From Ruditapes philippinarum (taxonomy: Eukaryota), in the NCBI RefSeq assembly GCF_026571515.1, contig NW_026856735.1, forward strand, positions 124,001 to 188,000: a stretch of 64,000 nt of DNA, written 5' to 3'. The position numbers and the translations under genes are program-made. Below are positions 27,961 through 41,351 of the stretch, piece by piece. How positions within the stretch are numbered: position 1 is the first letter of the stretch; every line of letters begins with the position of its first letter. The notes beneath the pieces are model-generated. The model ran no database searches, was not told where the DNA came from, and worked only from the letters and a program-made list of their open reading frames with translations.

Positions 27961-28566
27961 ATGATCGGTTTCGGTAGTTTCAGTTTAATGATTATTCTGG
28001 TCTTATATTTATTTTTACAAATTTTCTTAAAAAACATTATTAATATTTCAGTAGTTTAAAATTGAATACAGTCGATAAAGTAAAATTGCATTTGTTAAGG
28101 AACTCCGTGTCAGAGTGTCATCTTAAGACAACTTGCCCTTCACGGGTTCAAATCACACATGCCTCTGGCCGCTGTGGGTTCGAATCTCGCCAGAGACTTT
28201 ATCTTGAACAAGCGTCCCCTAGAATACGACGTTCTCCTTAATGATTCATCATTTCTCTGACGTCATTTGTATAACAATAGATTTAACCGCAAACGGTTCC
28301 CTGTGCTATTTTGTTAGTAAATGTATTGTGGCGAAATTCTTATTGTAATCCATAAATCTAATAATTCTATGAAGAGATCTATCAATTGAGTGATATTTTC
28401 TTAATATCTGTATATTTTGTCGACTATTACACTTAGAGACATCCGTACATGATTGAATACAGTTACTGACAATACTGAATACAGTACATCTTGAATCACA
28501 TGGTTGTTTCTATGTTGTCTGGTTACATGTACAAAGATATAGGCGAGGTCTTCTAATACCTCAAAT

Positions 28567-28855
28567 TATACAGTGTAAATTGAAACGGAAAAGTGTAATC
28601 TGAAATGATAAAGTGTAATTTGAAACAAAACAGTGTAATTTGAAACAATACAGTGTAATCTGAAACGATACAGTGTAATTTGAAACAAAACAGTGTAATC
28701 TGAAACGATGCAGTGTAATTTGAAACAAAACAGTGTAATCTGAAACGATACAGTGTAATTTGAAACAAAACAGTGTAAACTGAAACGATACAGTATAATT
28801 TGAAACGATACAGTGTAATTTTAAACAATACAGTGTAATCTGAAACTATACCGTG
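28567..28855. repeat. 20-bp minisatellite
   Basis: TGAAAC(AAA/GAT)ACAGTGTAAT(T/C), about 14 units, with decayed units continuing to about 29060. Confidence 0.9.
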
Positions 28856-30888
28856 TTCAAAATGTGCAATGATATACCGTATGAAAATAAATTCATGTAT
28901 ATCAAAAAAGAATTCGAAACAATACAGTGAAAAAACCATACAGTTAAATTAGAAACGATACCGTCTAATTTCGAAACGATACCGTGCTTTTAGAATTGAA
29001 ATAGAGTAATTCGAAACGATACAATGTTATATGTTATTCGAAAGGAAACAATGTATTTCGATACTGCACGGCACTAAAGAAATCATGCGATATGACAAAA
29101 TTCCATGAGAAAATTCTACGAGTAAGGCCGGTATTCCATATATACCGTAACGCGTTGCGTGAACGTGAAGCGCGAACGTGAAAAATCAAACAAACGATTT
29201 TCCATTGTATGTATTCCTTATCACCTGTCCCTTAATGAGTACAGGGACAAAAAATAATTCTGGAAAATGTTTAAATCAAAATATAATTCTGACTGTTGCG
29301 AATCTGTTGACTTAAATGATTTCTATAAACATTTTAAAGAATTGACCTCAGAATTAAAAATGGATGAGGATGAAGACTGTATAGATTTTTTTATGATTTT
29401 GATTCTCATGTTGAATTAAACGATTATTTTTTTTTCATTATAATTCTTTTGAAGAAATAATTTTGGTCTCTGTAGAGATTTTTACCAAATTTAGTAAGAC
29501 CGCTTTTAAGATATTATTACCTGCATTTATATATGTACATTTCACTGGATGACTACAATGTTAATTTTAATATTATCATAATGAAGTTTTAATTTTAACG
29601 ATTATTTATTTATGATGAATAATTCATTTGAAAATTGTTTCATTTGTAATAATCACACCAGCAACATTACAGAAAAAAGCGTAAAATTGCCGTCAGTGTG
29701 AATGAACATTCGTTGTATTTTGCTCTACAGCAAATCAAAGAAAAAAGATGTCGTATATTATATAGTTTATCAAGAACCAATCTAATCTTTTAGATTAACG
29801 TTATTCATAAACAACTAATAAAAACCTTACTTTATTATGTTATGTAGCTACTTCAAGAGCCATAAAATGCTACTTAGTACACGTGTTCCAAAAAAACATG
29901 TTTAAAGAACATGAACCTTGAACGGGTTGTGTAACAATTTTTTGGGGGGTCACAGTAACTTATTGTAGCGTATGTTCTGACAATTATTGGAGTATAATAT
30001 CGCCTGCTGTAAAACTAATGTACTTTTCACTTTGACGTGTACGAAAACACGAAAGGTTGATGAACTTGAAACATTGTGTATGTAAATGGGAAAAAAACAA
30101 TTATCCAATCAATACAATTCTGTATTAAATATATATTGTATACGTATATAAATTATATGAATTCACTACAAACTTGAAATAAAGAATATGATATATTATT
30201 CTAAATATTGAAGATTTTTTTTACCAAATTTTAAGCAACTGCATTGTTTACAGATATAAGTACATGTACATGAAAAGACAGACCAATTTACAATTGTGAG
30301 TCCCCGCAGAATCAAAACAATGCGTATGATGCTCAAATGATTAATCAATCAATCAATCAATCAATTACTTAATTGAATAATTCAATTTCTTTATATTTAT
30401 TTTATTTCTTTTTTTTCTTCCTATAATTTTCGTTGCTTTTTGTTTGTTTTTTTTTACATTTTTTTATTTCTTTTTTATTTGCTTGTGCATTAATTAATTA
30501 ATCAATTAATTTGAGTAATTCATTCATTCATTCATTCTCGTTCTTTCGTTCATCGGGTCGGTTGTTTGTTCATTCGTTGTTTACAATGTAATGTTTTATA
30601 TCCTGCATGTTGTGCGATGTTAGTGAATTGGATCAAAGACTATATTATAAAGTCAATTATATCTTGACTCGAAATGAGAACAAATCGTGTAAAATGGCGC
30701 CATACATTTACAATGTGTCCATTGAGGGGCAAATGGATGTTACCGTTAAACCCCTTTTAGATCAACTAGTCTAAATTACGTGCAAAATTATGCATAATAT
30801 GTATGGATTATATTACGTTAATTATTATTTTGCGTACACTCAAGCTGCTTAAAGCCTATGTCACAAATAAAGGGTCAGGGGCCAATCT

Positions 30889-31341
30889 ACACATCAGTGC
30901 AATCTGACCAGGCGGTGTCTACCTGCGCACTTGTGCAGTTCGACCGGGCGGTGTCAACCTGCACACCAGTGCAATCTGACCAGGCGTAAATCTGTGCATC
31001 AGAGCAGTTTGATTAAGCTGTGTCGACATGCATACCAGTGCAATCTGACCAGTCGGTGTCAACCTGTACACCAGTGCAGTTCGACCAGGCGGTGTCAACC
31101 TACACACCAGTGCAGTTCGACCAGGCGGTGTCAACCTCCACGCCAGTGCAGTCTAGCCAGGCGGTGTCAACCTGTACACCAGTGCAGTTCGATAAGGTGG
31201 TGTTAACCTGCACACCAGTGCAGTTCCACCAGGCGGTGTCAACCTGCAAACCAGTGCAGTTCCACCAGACGGTGTAAACCTTCGCATCAGTGAAGTCTGA
31301 TTTGGCGGAGTCGACCTGCGCACCAGTGCAGTTCGATCAGG
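30889..31341. repeat. 36-bp GC-rich minisatellite
   Basis: ACACCAGTGCAGTTCGACCAGGCGGTGTCAACCTGT, about 12 units. Confidence 0.9.
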
Positions 31342-31929
31342 TCTTTATTGGTGTCAACTGGATTTTAGCATTACTGAAATAACTCAAAAAATGAATGTAC
31401 TGTCAAAATTTAAAATACGACAAATCCATTACGAAAATGGGTCAAATGTAACGGATGCAATTCTTAAATAACACATGAAAACAGTTTTACAAATACTAGT
31501 ATTTGCAAATATTATGACGGCGATAACAATTGTGTACATATTAATGTTTATTATAATGTTAACATCGTAATTGATATTTTAATATGTACATAGTTAACAG
31601 GTCTGTTGTACAAATACTGGATATTTTTCCCACATCAGCTCTACTCAAACTTTTAAAGTGTACGTGAACTTACATAAATCAGGTTGCAGGTTTGCCGAAG
31701 ATTGCATATAAACAGAAAATAAATTGGTTCTTTTCAAAAGGAGATATTAATTTATTGTATAAATGAAGCTTTTTATTTATATATATTGCACAAATGGCGC
31801 AATAGAAATATGTTACAGGTTGCTGATGGGATATAAGTTAGATACATGTGTAGGATATACCGGTATTGCAAGGATGAGATCCAATCACAATGCCATATAA
31901 ATACATCGTTATAGATGCTTTTCACATAG

Positions 31930-33136
31930 CAATTATAACACCCCCACCCCCACCCCTTGGCCGCCATTTTGAGGGTCATTTCCAATATATTATTTATGCC
32001 TAGGATAAGACAAGTTAAATGTTGCTCATCATAGACGCTGCCAAATGATGTGAACAGTCAATCAACATTGAAAATCGTTCTCTATTACAGTTGAATATCC
32101 GAAGCACAAATCAAATCTTTCTTCATGTTCTTGGTATGTGCTCATTGTTTAATAATTAAGTTGCATATTTTTGTGAAAAAGTAGAACCTAATGCATAAAT
32201 TCACAAAGTAATGCTATGTCTGAAATTCAGAAATGTTTGTCTGTTGCGACAAATATTGTAACGTCTGGTCGAAACAAAATAAATTGGATAACAAATAAAA
32301 TTGAAATGATTGGTATACTTAAAATAAATGCAAGACAACATGTGCTGATAATATGTCCATTTAAATATTGGTACGAATTGCATAATGTTCGAATGTTTTT
32401 GAGGACGAACTATTCTGCAGTGATCTCCCCTTACTGGCCATAGTGTAACCGGTGCTCAGAGTTAACGGTTGAGGGAGAACCGCCTTAGTGGGCGTGGTTT
32501 TAGCTTTGTAACTTGTAATTTAATGATTGATCAAAGTTGTCTTGGTTCCCTTCCGCTCCGTCGACGAAGACTAAATTTCAACAGAGGCGGAGGAAATGAA
32601 GTGAGTGACACTGCCTCAGTCGGTACCTCTCTCAACGGTTAAGTTTTAGAACGAGCGACTATAGACTGGCTCATTGGCACGTTATTTATTATGTAATGAT
32701 GAATAAGAATATGATATTCAAACACGGCACTATCATTTCATTTAAACGTTTAATTTAATCGCTTAAATGTCTGTGACATGTTGAACATCAGAAAAGCTAT
32801 TTTTTATTAAAAAGATTGAAAACAGTGTGATTCTGTTTAAACAAAACTAAAAATACACAAAATCAAGTTTAAAATTTCCACATGGCTGTACGGACAAATG
32901 CATATTTACTAGACGCCGCGTTCAGCGCGGCGCTCATAACTTTATCGTCTTCATAAAAACAGATAGAAAGTTTTACATACTGATGCAATTATTATATTTT
33001 CTATCATAATAACGTAAAACAGAATTTGACAATTCACGTGAATAAGCTGATTATTTTGATTTTTTTATATTTTGTTTTCTATTAGGAAATCGACCTCCAA
33101 AATGGCTGCCACTTTTGGCAAGGGAGGTAAATATTG
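31930..33136. mobile_element. Possible old non-autonomous DNA transposon
   Basis: Imperfect inverted ends GGCCGCCATTTTGAGGGTCATTTCCAATA and TATTAGGAAATCGACCTCCAAAATGGCTGCC; no clear TSD. Confidence 0.35.
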
Positions 33137-33974
33137 TTTAAATCGGAAACAATCTACACATTTTAAAAAGATAACAACGTTGTAGAAGCATTGTCAGTCC
33201 GTACTCACTCCGAGATGTTTATTGATTGTCGAGAAGTTCCGATTTGATGAGATCTCGCTTTGACCGAGATGTGAGTTCCGTCAGCTGTAGTTGTTTGCGT
33301 CATAAGCAAAAGCATATATTTTGTATATTGACATCATATTTCTTTAATCTTTCCGTAATCTGGGACATTAATGACAAAATTGAAAAGAAATCAGAAGACA
33401 AAAAAAGTATCAGTAAAAAGAGGACTCTGAGCAAGGTACATTTAAACCTGGCTAAAAATAATAAAAGTTATTAGAATCTAAGGAATTTGCAGTTGTGGAG
33501 TGTATGTGAAATCATTGAGTACGGAGGTGCCAGATTAATCATTAATACTGGAGACACAATTTGGCATTTTATACACTTTTGATATAGTGTAAACGATATA
33601 TATTTAGTATGAAATCTAAGTCAGCAAAAATGCCTAAACTATTTTAACACCGATAACCCAGACCCCCCCCCCCCTAAAAAAACCCTTTTAAATACCACAT
33701 TAACATTTGATCTCTATATGTAACATAAATCGCCCGTTTTTACAAAAGATCGACCCGGGCGTACGATTTACTTCAACTGTTTTTATTACCAAAAATACTT
33801 CATACATTTAATTAAATTTAACCATTTGACAAAAAAATAGACCCTGTGACGGATAGTTTCTCTATATATCTTTTAAACATTCCATAACATGAACATGTAG
33901 AGTGTGGTGTCCACGCTCGGTGACTTCTTCGTACATACATGTACTGTACAACACAGTCATTTTTCGAGAAATTT

Positions 33975-34033
33975 TATTATTATTATAATTATTATTATTA
34001 TTATTATTATTATTATAATTGTATAAAATTATT
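33975..34033. repeat. (ATT)n microsatellite running into an assembly gap
   Basis: Direct reading; N-runs follow from 34034. Confidence 0.9.
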
Positions 34034-35544
34034 NNNNNNNNNNNNNNNNNNNNNNNNNNNNNNNNNNNNNNNNNNNNNNNNNNNNNNNNNNNNNNNNNNN
34101 NNNNNNNNNNNNNNNNNNNNNNNNNNNNNNNNNNNNNNNNNNNNNNNNNNNNNNNNNNNNNNNNNNNNNNNNNNNNNNNNNNNNNNNNNNNNNNNNNNNN
34201 NNNNNNNNNNNNNNNNNNNNNNNNNNNNNNNNNNNNNNNNNNNNNNNNNNNNNNNNNNNNNNNNNNNNNAATTGTATNNNNNNNNNNNNNNNNNNNNNNN
34301 NNNNNNNNNNNNNNNNNNNNNNNNNNNNNNNNNNNNNNNNNNNNNNNNNNNNNNNNNNNNNNNNNNNNNNNNNNNNNNNNNNNNNNNNNNNNNNNNNNNN
34401 NNNNNNNNNNNNNNNNNNNNNNNNNNNNNNNNNNNNNNNNNNNNNNNNNNNNNNNNNNNNNNNNNNNNNNNNNNNNNNNNNNNNNNNNNNNNNNNNNNNN
34501 NNNNNNNNNNNNNNNNNNNNNNNNNNNNNNNNNNNNNNNNNNNNNNTATTATTTAATCGGTATTCATGTTTACTCTCTTAGAAGAATCAATAATTTATAA
34601 TGTTCCTTAAACCCCCTACTTTAAAACTGGCGAACTATTAATTTCAATCTGTTTTATGGTGCGACGCCAAACGCATAAATTGACATGTGGGCATGGAACA
34701 AAGTTTATTGCGTCAACTTTTCACAGTTTCATAACTCTTACAAAACATGGCATGTTCTAGATTTTTCTTTGAATTCATGTTTTAATTAAATATATATTGT
34801 GTATATCAATAACATCTATGTTATGATGTTCACTTATAATTTATCTTTCAATGAACAGTAAAGAGCAGAACATGCGTTTAAAATTAATCATACTATATTT
34901 TTGATCAGTTTAAAAAGATAGCGTAGTTAAATGAAATGGCAAGTAAAAAATCATCCATTGAGAAGGAAGGCAAAATTATTAAGGTTTGATCGGGCGTAGG
35001 ATGTTTATGTAGCTGGGAATGGAAAGATATTTTAGACATGTAGCATGCAAGAGTTAACACGATGAAATATTTGGACAACCCGCTATACCGACAAAATCTC
35101 ATGTGGACATAATCTTAGTTTGCAAGCTGGACAAAATCTTTACGAAAATTCTTGTCAAGTTTAATGTGACATTATGTCCATAAAATGTTTAAATCTCATT
35201 ACTCCTCAATATAATGCATTAATACTTACAGTTTAACAAATTTTGACCACTTGTCGTATTTCAAAGAATTTTTGATTTATTTTGACATTTTGCAACAAGG
35301 AAGTACAATTGTTCCTTACACATATTGTGTGATTTAGCGCATTAAAAAGCGAATTAAACACCTTGATTAAAAATGAAGCTACTTGACCCGGGTTTGTGAA
35401 CTCGTTTGTTCACGTTGTAATCTATTTAGTGTAATGCGATACAAATTTATTTTACTAAGTTAAGACTTTTGTGTTCAAACTATGTTTTGTGTAGGTAAAC
35501 TTTCCTTCTTTTTGAATTCTATTTGCGTATCTTCATTCTTTTTT

Positions 35545-35775
35545 TGTGTTCAGTTAAACGTCGCACCAACAAAGTATTGGTCATTTGGCGACTTTCCAAC
35601 TTCACTGGCGGAGGAAGACATCAAGTGCCCTTCTGTGCACGCACGGACGCCTGAGTAGAATTACCGACGTCCCGTATGCTAGCTGGTTAGCTTTATTAGA
35701 TGAAAGAATCAAAAGTTCGAACCCAAAGCGGTGAAGGGCAAGTGTTTTGAAGTTTAACTACTCGGTCACGGACAC
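35545..35775 (-). mobile_element. tRNA-derived SINE (family also at about 4760-4860, 28105-28200, 62648-62775)
   Basis: Minus strand head GTCCGTGACCGAGTAG...GGGTTCGAAC. Conserved body reads GGCGACTTTCCA...GGAGGAAGAC...AGTGCCC...GTAGAA..ACCGAC on the + strand. Confidence 0.65.
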
Positions 35776-35849
35776 TGTCGTCCATTATTATTCAAATATA
35801 TTCAAATGTCAGAAAGCTAAATTTAGCAACCCACCAAAATGTCAGTATA

Positions 35850-36170
35850 TCTTCCTCCCTTTCTTTTTGTTGTGTTTCTTTCTTCCTTTCTGTCTTTCTT
35901 TCTTCCCTTTCATTCCCTCTTCCCTTCTCCTGTTCCCTCCCATCCTTCCTTCCCTCATTCATTCATTCCCCTTTCCTCTATCCCTACCGTCCTTCCCTCC
36001 TTCTTTCCTTCATCCCATCTTTCTTTTTCCTTCATTCCTTCCATCATGTATGTCTTCCTTCCTTCATTCATTAATTTCTTCCCTCCGTCATTTGTTCTTT
36101 CTTCCTGTCTTCCTTCCCTCCTTCATTCATGTGCTCCTTCATCCTTTCCTTCATTCCTCTTTCTTTTTTT
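35850..36170. repeat. Polypyrimidine (CCTT/CATT)n low-complexity tract
   Basis: Direct reading. Confidence 0.9.
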
Positions 36171-37082
36171 TAATATAACATTTGTTATTAAAGTCGTAAC
36201 GTATTATGTGTTTTATATTATATTTATATCAAACAAAAACATCAAAAAGGGAAAATAATTTTAGTGGCACAACGATAGTGAAAATAAAACTATAAAGCTT
36301 ATTAACAATAAACATTTACTCCTTGTACATACACACAAAGATGTGTACTAGCAGTTAAGAACCTGTTACAAAATATCTAAGTTGTATAATATTATCTCCA
36401 GATTTAAGTAATGATAATGATGATTATAGAACGCAAGAATTCAGTTTTAGTTGTATATCTAATTATAACTCTCTCGCGGAATGATACAAACACATGTGGA
36501 TGCCTTACAATAAAACCTAAAGATAATGTTTTCTAGTATGAGAGGTAACTAATAAAATACTTGGTACATGTATACGTTACCAAGGTAAGCATATATTAAC
36601 AATACAAAAGTGATACAATTTTTTTCAAAGAGAAATAAAAACAAATACTATTATCTACAGAACATAATATTTGAAGCAATGCTATGAAAGGTATAAAAAA
36701 TAAAACAACAAGAGGTGAATTCTATGAATATTGAAATCAGGTAGTTGATACAGTATGTACTTGTTTATAATTATAAACCACATTCCGAATTTTACATTTG
36801 AAAATGAATTTTATATATAGATTTTATTATACGCTTCTAATACTCCAATGCACATTACAATCATGTGACCATGGGTTAAAATATGCCATTGTGTTTATTT
36901 GTATGTTTAGAGCAAAAATAAATATACTTATGTAACGCCGAAAAATTGAAGGTCACCTGGCTACGTAAAGTAAACATGTTATACAACTGCCAGATTTAAA
37001 CCGAAAAAAAGTCTTAGCCAACAGTCGTATAGAAACTAACAGAAAGGAACGGCAGACGTACTTTGTGTACACACGCGGAGAG

Positions 37083-39612
37083 ATGGATACGGAAACGCTC
37101 GCGCGCTCATTTTCTGTGCCGGATTTTGTTGTTTTTGGACTTCTTATATTTGTTTCTGTTGCAATTGGGATATTTTTTGCATTCCGGGACAAAAAACATA
37201 ATACGACGGAAAATTATTTCCTTGGAAACAGGAAACTGAGGTCATTACCAGTTGGATTATCTTTCGTCGTCACGTTCCAGTCGTCCATCTTAATTTTGGG
37301 ATTTCCGGCGGAAGCATACGCCTATGGTCTCCAGTATGCCATGCAATGTGTTGGTGTCATTTGTGGATATCTACTTGCTGCGCTTATTGTTGTACCGATA
37401 TTCCACCCTCTCAAAGTCACCAGTGTTTACGAGTACTATTTCCTACGTTACAAAACTAACTCTGTACGTTACGTCGCCGTTACGTTAGGCATCATCCATT
37501 ACACGTTCTACATGGGAATAGTTATGTTTGGTACAGCGTTGGCCTTGGAATCAGTTGCTAAACTACCAATGTGGTCATCAATTCTTATTTTCTCGTCATC
37601 TGCCATTATCTACACGTCAATTGGGGGATTCAAGGCCGTCATATGGACTGACGTCTTTCAATCAATCGTCATGCTTGTAGGGATACTTGCAGGTACGTAT
37701 TACAAAAGCAGATATAATTTCAGAACTTTAAGATGCATCTGGATTTTGAAAACATTAAAAGCCTTTTTATATTTTGTTATTATTTATTACTACCTATGTC
37801 GTAAAATAAGATTTATAACGTGAATGCAAATGCGGGAAACACCGTTACAGAGATTTTAGAAAAAAAGTTTTAGAAATACAACGAGTGTTATTTATTAATT
37901 TGCATCTGTATTTTGAAAAGGAAATATCATTAAAAGGGTTTTTTGGACGTTTTGTTAAACAATTCATACATAATTTTAAGAATTAATTAGATGAAAAGGC
38001 ATAATTTATATCGAAGTAAATGGGTGCAAACAAGTTTATGCATTTTATTTCTGTTGAAATACAAACGGAGATTTTTCCTTCAGGACATTTAATGAATCAA
38101 AATGTTAGAACGTCTATAAATTGTTTATAATTATGAAACTATAAACGAAGCTATATGTTTTCTCTCAGTAAATTCTTGTTAAAATACTAGTTACCTATTA
38201 TAGAAATTATACATTATGATTATAAAGATAAATTATGCATTTTAGAATCTTTTCATCATCATAATCATAGATTAATATCACCATCATAAAAATCATCGCC
38301 TTTTTATGTAATCATTATTATGATCATTTAAACAATCCTCACAATTAAGCTATAACCCTTTCCTGTTTAATTTTCAGTGCTGATAAAAAGCGTCGTAAAT
38401 GCCGGTGGACCCTCAAGTGTCATTGAGCTGAGCAAAAGCCGCTTCAACATGTTTAACTTTAACCCTGATCCTACAGTTCGTCATACTTTCTGGACGCTTG
38501 TTATCGGTGCCCCGTCACAGTATTTGTATTTGTCTATTACACAAGCCGGGATACAGAGAATCAACTCAACGCCGACTATTTCAGCGGCAAGAAAACTTTT
38601 CTACATTGCAGCTCCAATCTATTCATTCACATGGATTCTAGTTTTAATCCAAGGTCTGGCAATATTTGCATATTATTCCAATATAGGTTGCGACCCCCTT
38701 GCGTCGGGTCAGGTGAAAAATTTAAATCAAATTATTCCATTCACAATGCTTGAGCTATTTCACGATTACCCAGGTTTACCAGGGCTATTTATCGCTGCTT
38801 TAGCAGCAGCTTCACTCAGCACCATTTCTTCAGGTTTAAGCAGTCTTTCCGCGGTAACGTACGAAGATTTTATAAAAGTATTTTTTAAAGATATGAACGA
38901 ACAAACCGCGACTAACATATCTAAGGGAGTAGTAGTAGTATACGGTGTAATCTCTGTAGGTTTTGCGTTCATTCTCTCAAATGTAGAAGGACCACTTGGG
39001 CAGATTATGGCTAGCTTTATGGGAGCAATAAGCGGACCTGAAGCCGGACTTTTTCTGATCTCTATATTCTTCCGCAGAGCGCAGGCAAAAGCGGTGGTAT
39101 TTGCCACGTTGACAGGTATGGGATTTGTACTTTGGATAAGTATAGGGCAAAATTTCTCGGCGTCGGTACCCAAAGCCCCGTATTTACCACTAGGGCCTAC
39201 TGACCAATGTAATGCGACAAATGATTCAATCGCGTCCAATATTTCATATATCATCGCGCAGAATCGGACCGACGCAGTATCGGTACTTTTCAACACCAGC
39301 ACTGTTCAAAATATAGTCACAGAAATTGCTGACAGTTCTAGAACTGGGCTTCAAACATTTTACTCCATATCTTACATGTACTTTAATTTAATCGGGTGCA
39401 TCACCGTTATTGCCGTTGGTACGGTTGTTAGTTTACTAACTCAGCCAAAAGTTCCGGAAACAGTCAGTGACAAAGTTGTACTTCCGTTTTCTATTTTTAT
39501 ACCTCCATTTTTAAAAGGAAAACTACCCTCATGTACAGGAGACTCGGAGTCTCCAGATCCTAAGGAACTCCAGGTTATGATAAATGGAACTGACAGAGAT
39601 AGAAACGCTTGA
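37083..39612 (+). CDS. SLC5 sodium:solute symporter, SMCT/NIS/SMVT-like, copy C (614 aa)
   Basis: Exon 1 37083-37692 (donor GTACGT), exon 2 38378-39612 (acceptor TTTTCAG), phase-1 intron at the same position as in copies A and B; all SSF motifs present. Confidence 0.95.
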
Positions 39613-39681
39613 CTATCATAAATACCGGGAAAATATTACATCGCGTTTTCTTCTCAGATATATATATCCGCTTCAATTTAA

Positions 39682-40045
39682 AGGCACATCGTGTCTTAGA
39701 AACGATTTTATTTTCCTTCTCAAGAAAGGGCAAATTTTAGTGTTTTTTTTTACGTAAGTTTCATATCATTTAACAATAACCGTTTAAAAGCGTGTTAGAT
39801 GCTCATTACAAGTAGAAAGTAGCACTGAATGTGTGAAATTATTTGTTCTAAAAATAGTAAAATGTTAACAAAGTAATATATTTACTTTCGTAAAAACACT
39901 CAATCATTATAACTGTTTTAATTGCTAAAAAGGCATCAGAAGCAAAAGATGGTTTAGGCTATAGGGAAACCATAACAGGACAAGAAACAAAACAAAAAGC
40001 TTTTGAAAAATAAAAATAAAAGCATTTATGGGGCATAGTGGGCCT
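39682..40045 (+). mobile_element. Kolobok-like MITE
   Basis: TTAA|AGGCACAT ... GGGCCT|TTAT; homologous to 45194-45515, 48811-49188, 49573-49939 and 56498-56753. Confidence 0.6.
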
Positions 40046-40281
40046 TTATTTAAAGCGTCGTTTTAACTCAATATTTATTTAGAATTCATTTTTAGGTTTG
40101 CATTTAGAGGTACAACCAAATGTCTCGATAAGACTGACAATCACATTTTTCATTATTACATTATAATTTTAAATGTTTAACCATTTTAACTGATAAAATA
40201 TTACAATACTTCAATAAAAATGATACATATACTTTAATCTATGTTCAAATTAAAGTAGTTATGAATTTATATTCACGATAT

Positions 40282-40515
40282 GAGCCGCGTCATGACAAAA
40301 CCAACGTAATGGATTTGTGACCAACTGGATCCAGACCAGCCTGCGCATCCGCGCAGTCTGATCAGGACCCATGCTGTTCGCTATCAGTTTCTCTAATTGT
40401 TATAGGGTTTGTAAGCGAACAGCATGGATCCTGATTAGACTGCGCGGATGGGCAGGCTGGTCTGGATCCATGCTGGTCGCAAACGCATTATGTTGGTTTT
40501 GTCGTGACGCGGCTC
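40282..40515. mobile_element. Fold-back MITE with Sola2-like termini
   Basis: ATAT|GAGCCGCGTCATGACAAAACCAAC ... GTTGGTTTTGTCGTGACGCGGCTC|ATAT; nearly palindromic over its whole length; 4-bp TSD. Confidence 0.8.
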
Positions 40516-40761
40516 ATATATTTTTAGATAATCATACAGCGTATAACGGAACGACCAACATTTTATTAATACATTGTAGTATTTTTGTGTAATTAAACAG
40601 GCCATTTGCCAATATTTGGCCTACATATAATTTCGATTTTAAAATACGTTAGAAAAAGAACCAAATTTATCTTTTCTAGACATTCCTATTTTACTTTGAA
40701 TAGACATTGTACATTTTTATCAGCACTTTTTGCATGTGTTCTTGGGAGTTTAAGGCGAAAC

Positions 40762-41026
40762 TATGGTGGCTGATTTATGCTATGGGCGCCAGACGAAAAC
40801 ACGAAATACGAAAATCTAACCACTTTGTCGTACATGTGTATTTTTATGTTAACACTTTGTCGTAAATAAACTACGACAAAATGCCACAGTGTCGTATGTT
40901 TGTGTTTATGTCTGACGCCCCGAGGAGCGTAAAGCCAAAAACACGAAAATAACTCTGTCGTATTTTCATGTTTCGCCTGGCGTCCTGTGGAACAAAATTA
41001 GGACAACCCACAAATCAGCTACCATA
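40762..41026. mobile_element. IS3EU-type MITE
   Basis: CGAAAC|TATGGTGGCTGATTT ... AAATCAGCTACCATA|CGAAAC; perfect 6-bp TSD. Confidence 0.8.
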
Positions 41027-41351
41027 CGAAACAGAATGTTTGTTTGAGTACAATAAAGGTTTATTTTTCCATTACACATTGTAACAATGTTGTGTATAAT
41101 CTGTATCAGATGCCAGTCTGCTATATTTTTATATCATTAATAAAACGAGTGAAAGAAACATATTTGTCACCCTTCTTTTGTAAACGAACAAATGTTATTT
41201 TCACGCAAGAAAATGTTTTGGAATTATCGGACAGCCGTCAAACTCAAAATGCAAAGTGAAAAGGGGTCACTATAAAATGACTTATCCATTATGAACAAGT
41301 TTCAGCCCTCCATGGCGTTTTGAGGTGTCGGACGTAAATTCTTTAATTGAA

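Noticed and set aside
35747-36258. Phe/Ser/Pro/Leu-rich ORFs resembling membrane proteins
   Set aside because: Translation of a (CCTT)n low-complexity tract.
38766-39302. Antisense ORFs over real genes (also 26850-27089, 27267-27617, 46601-46864, 52986-53327)
   Set aside because: Shadow frames of coding exons with no independent motifs.
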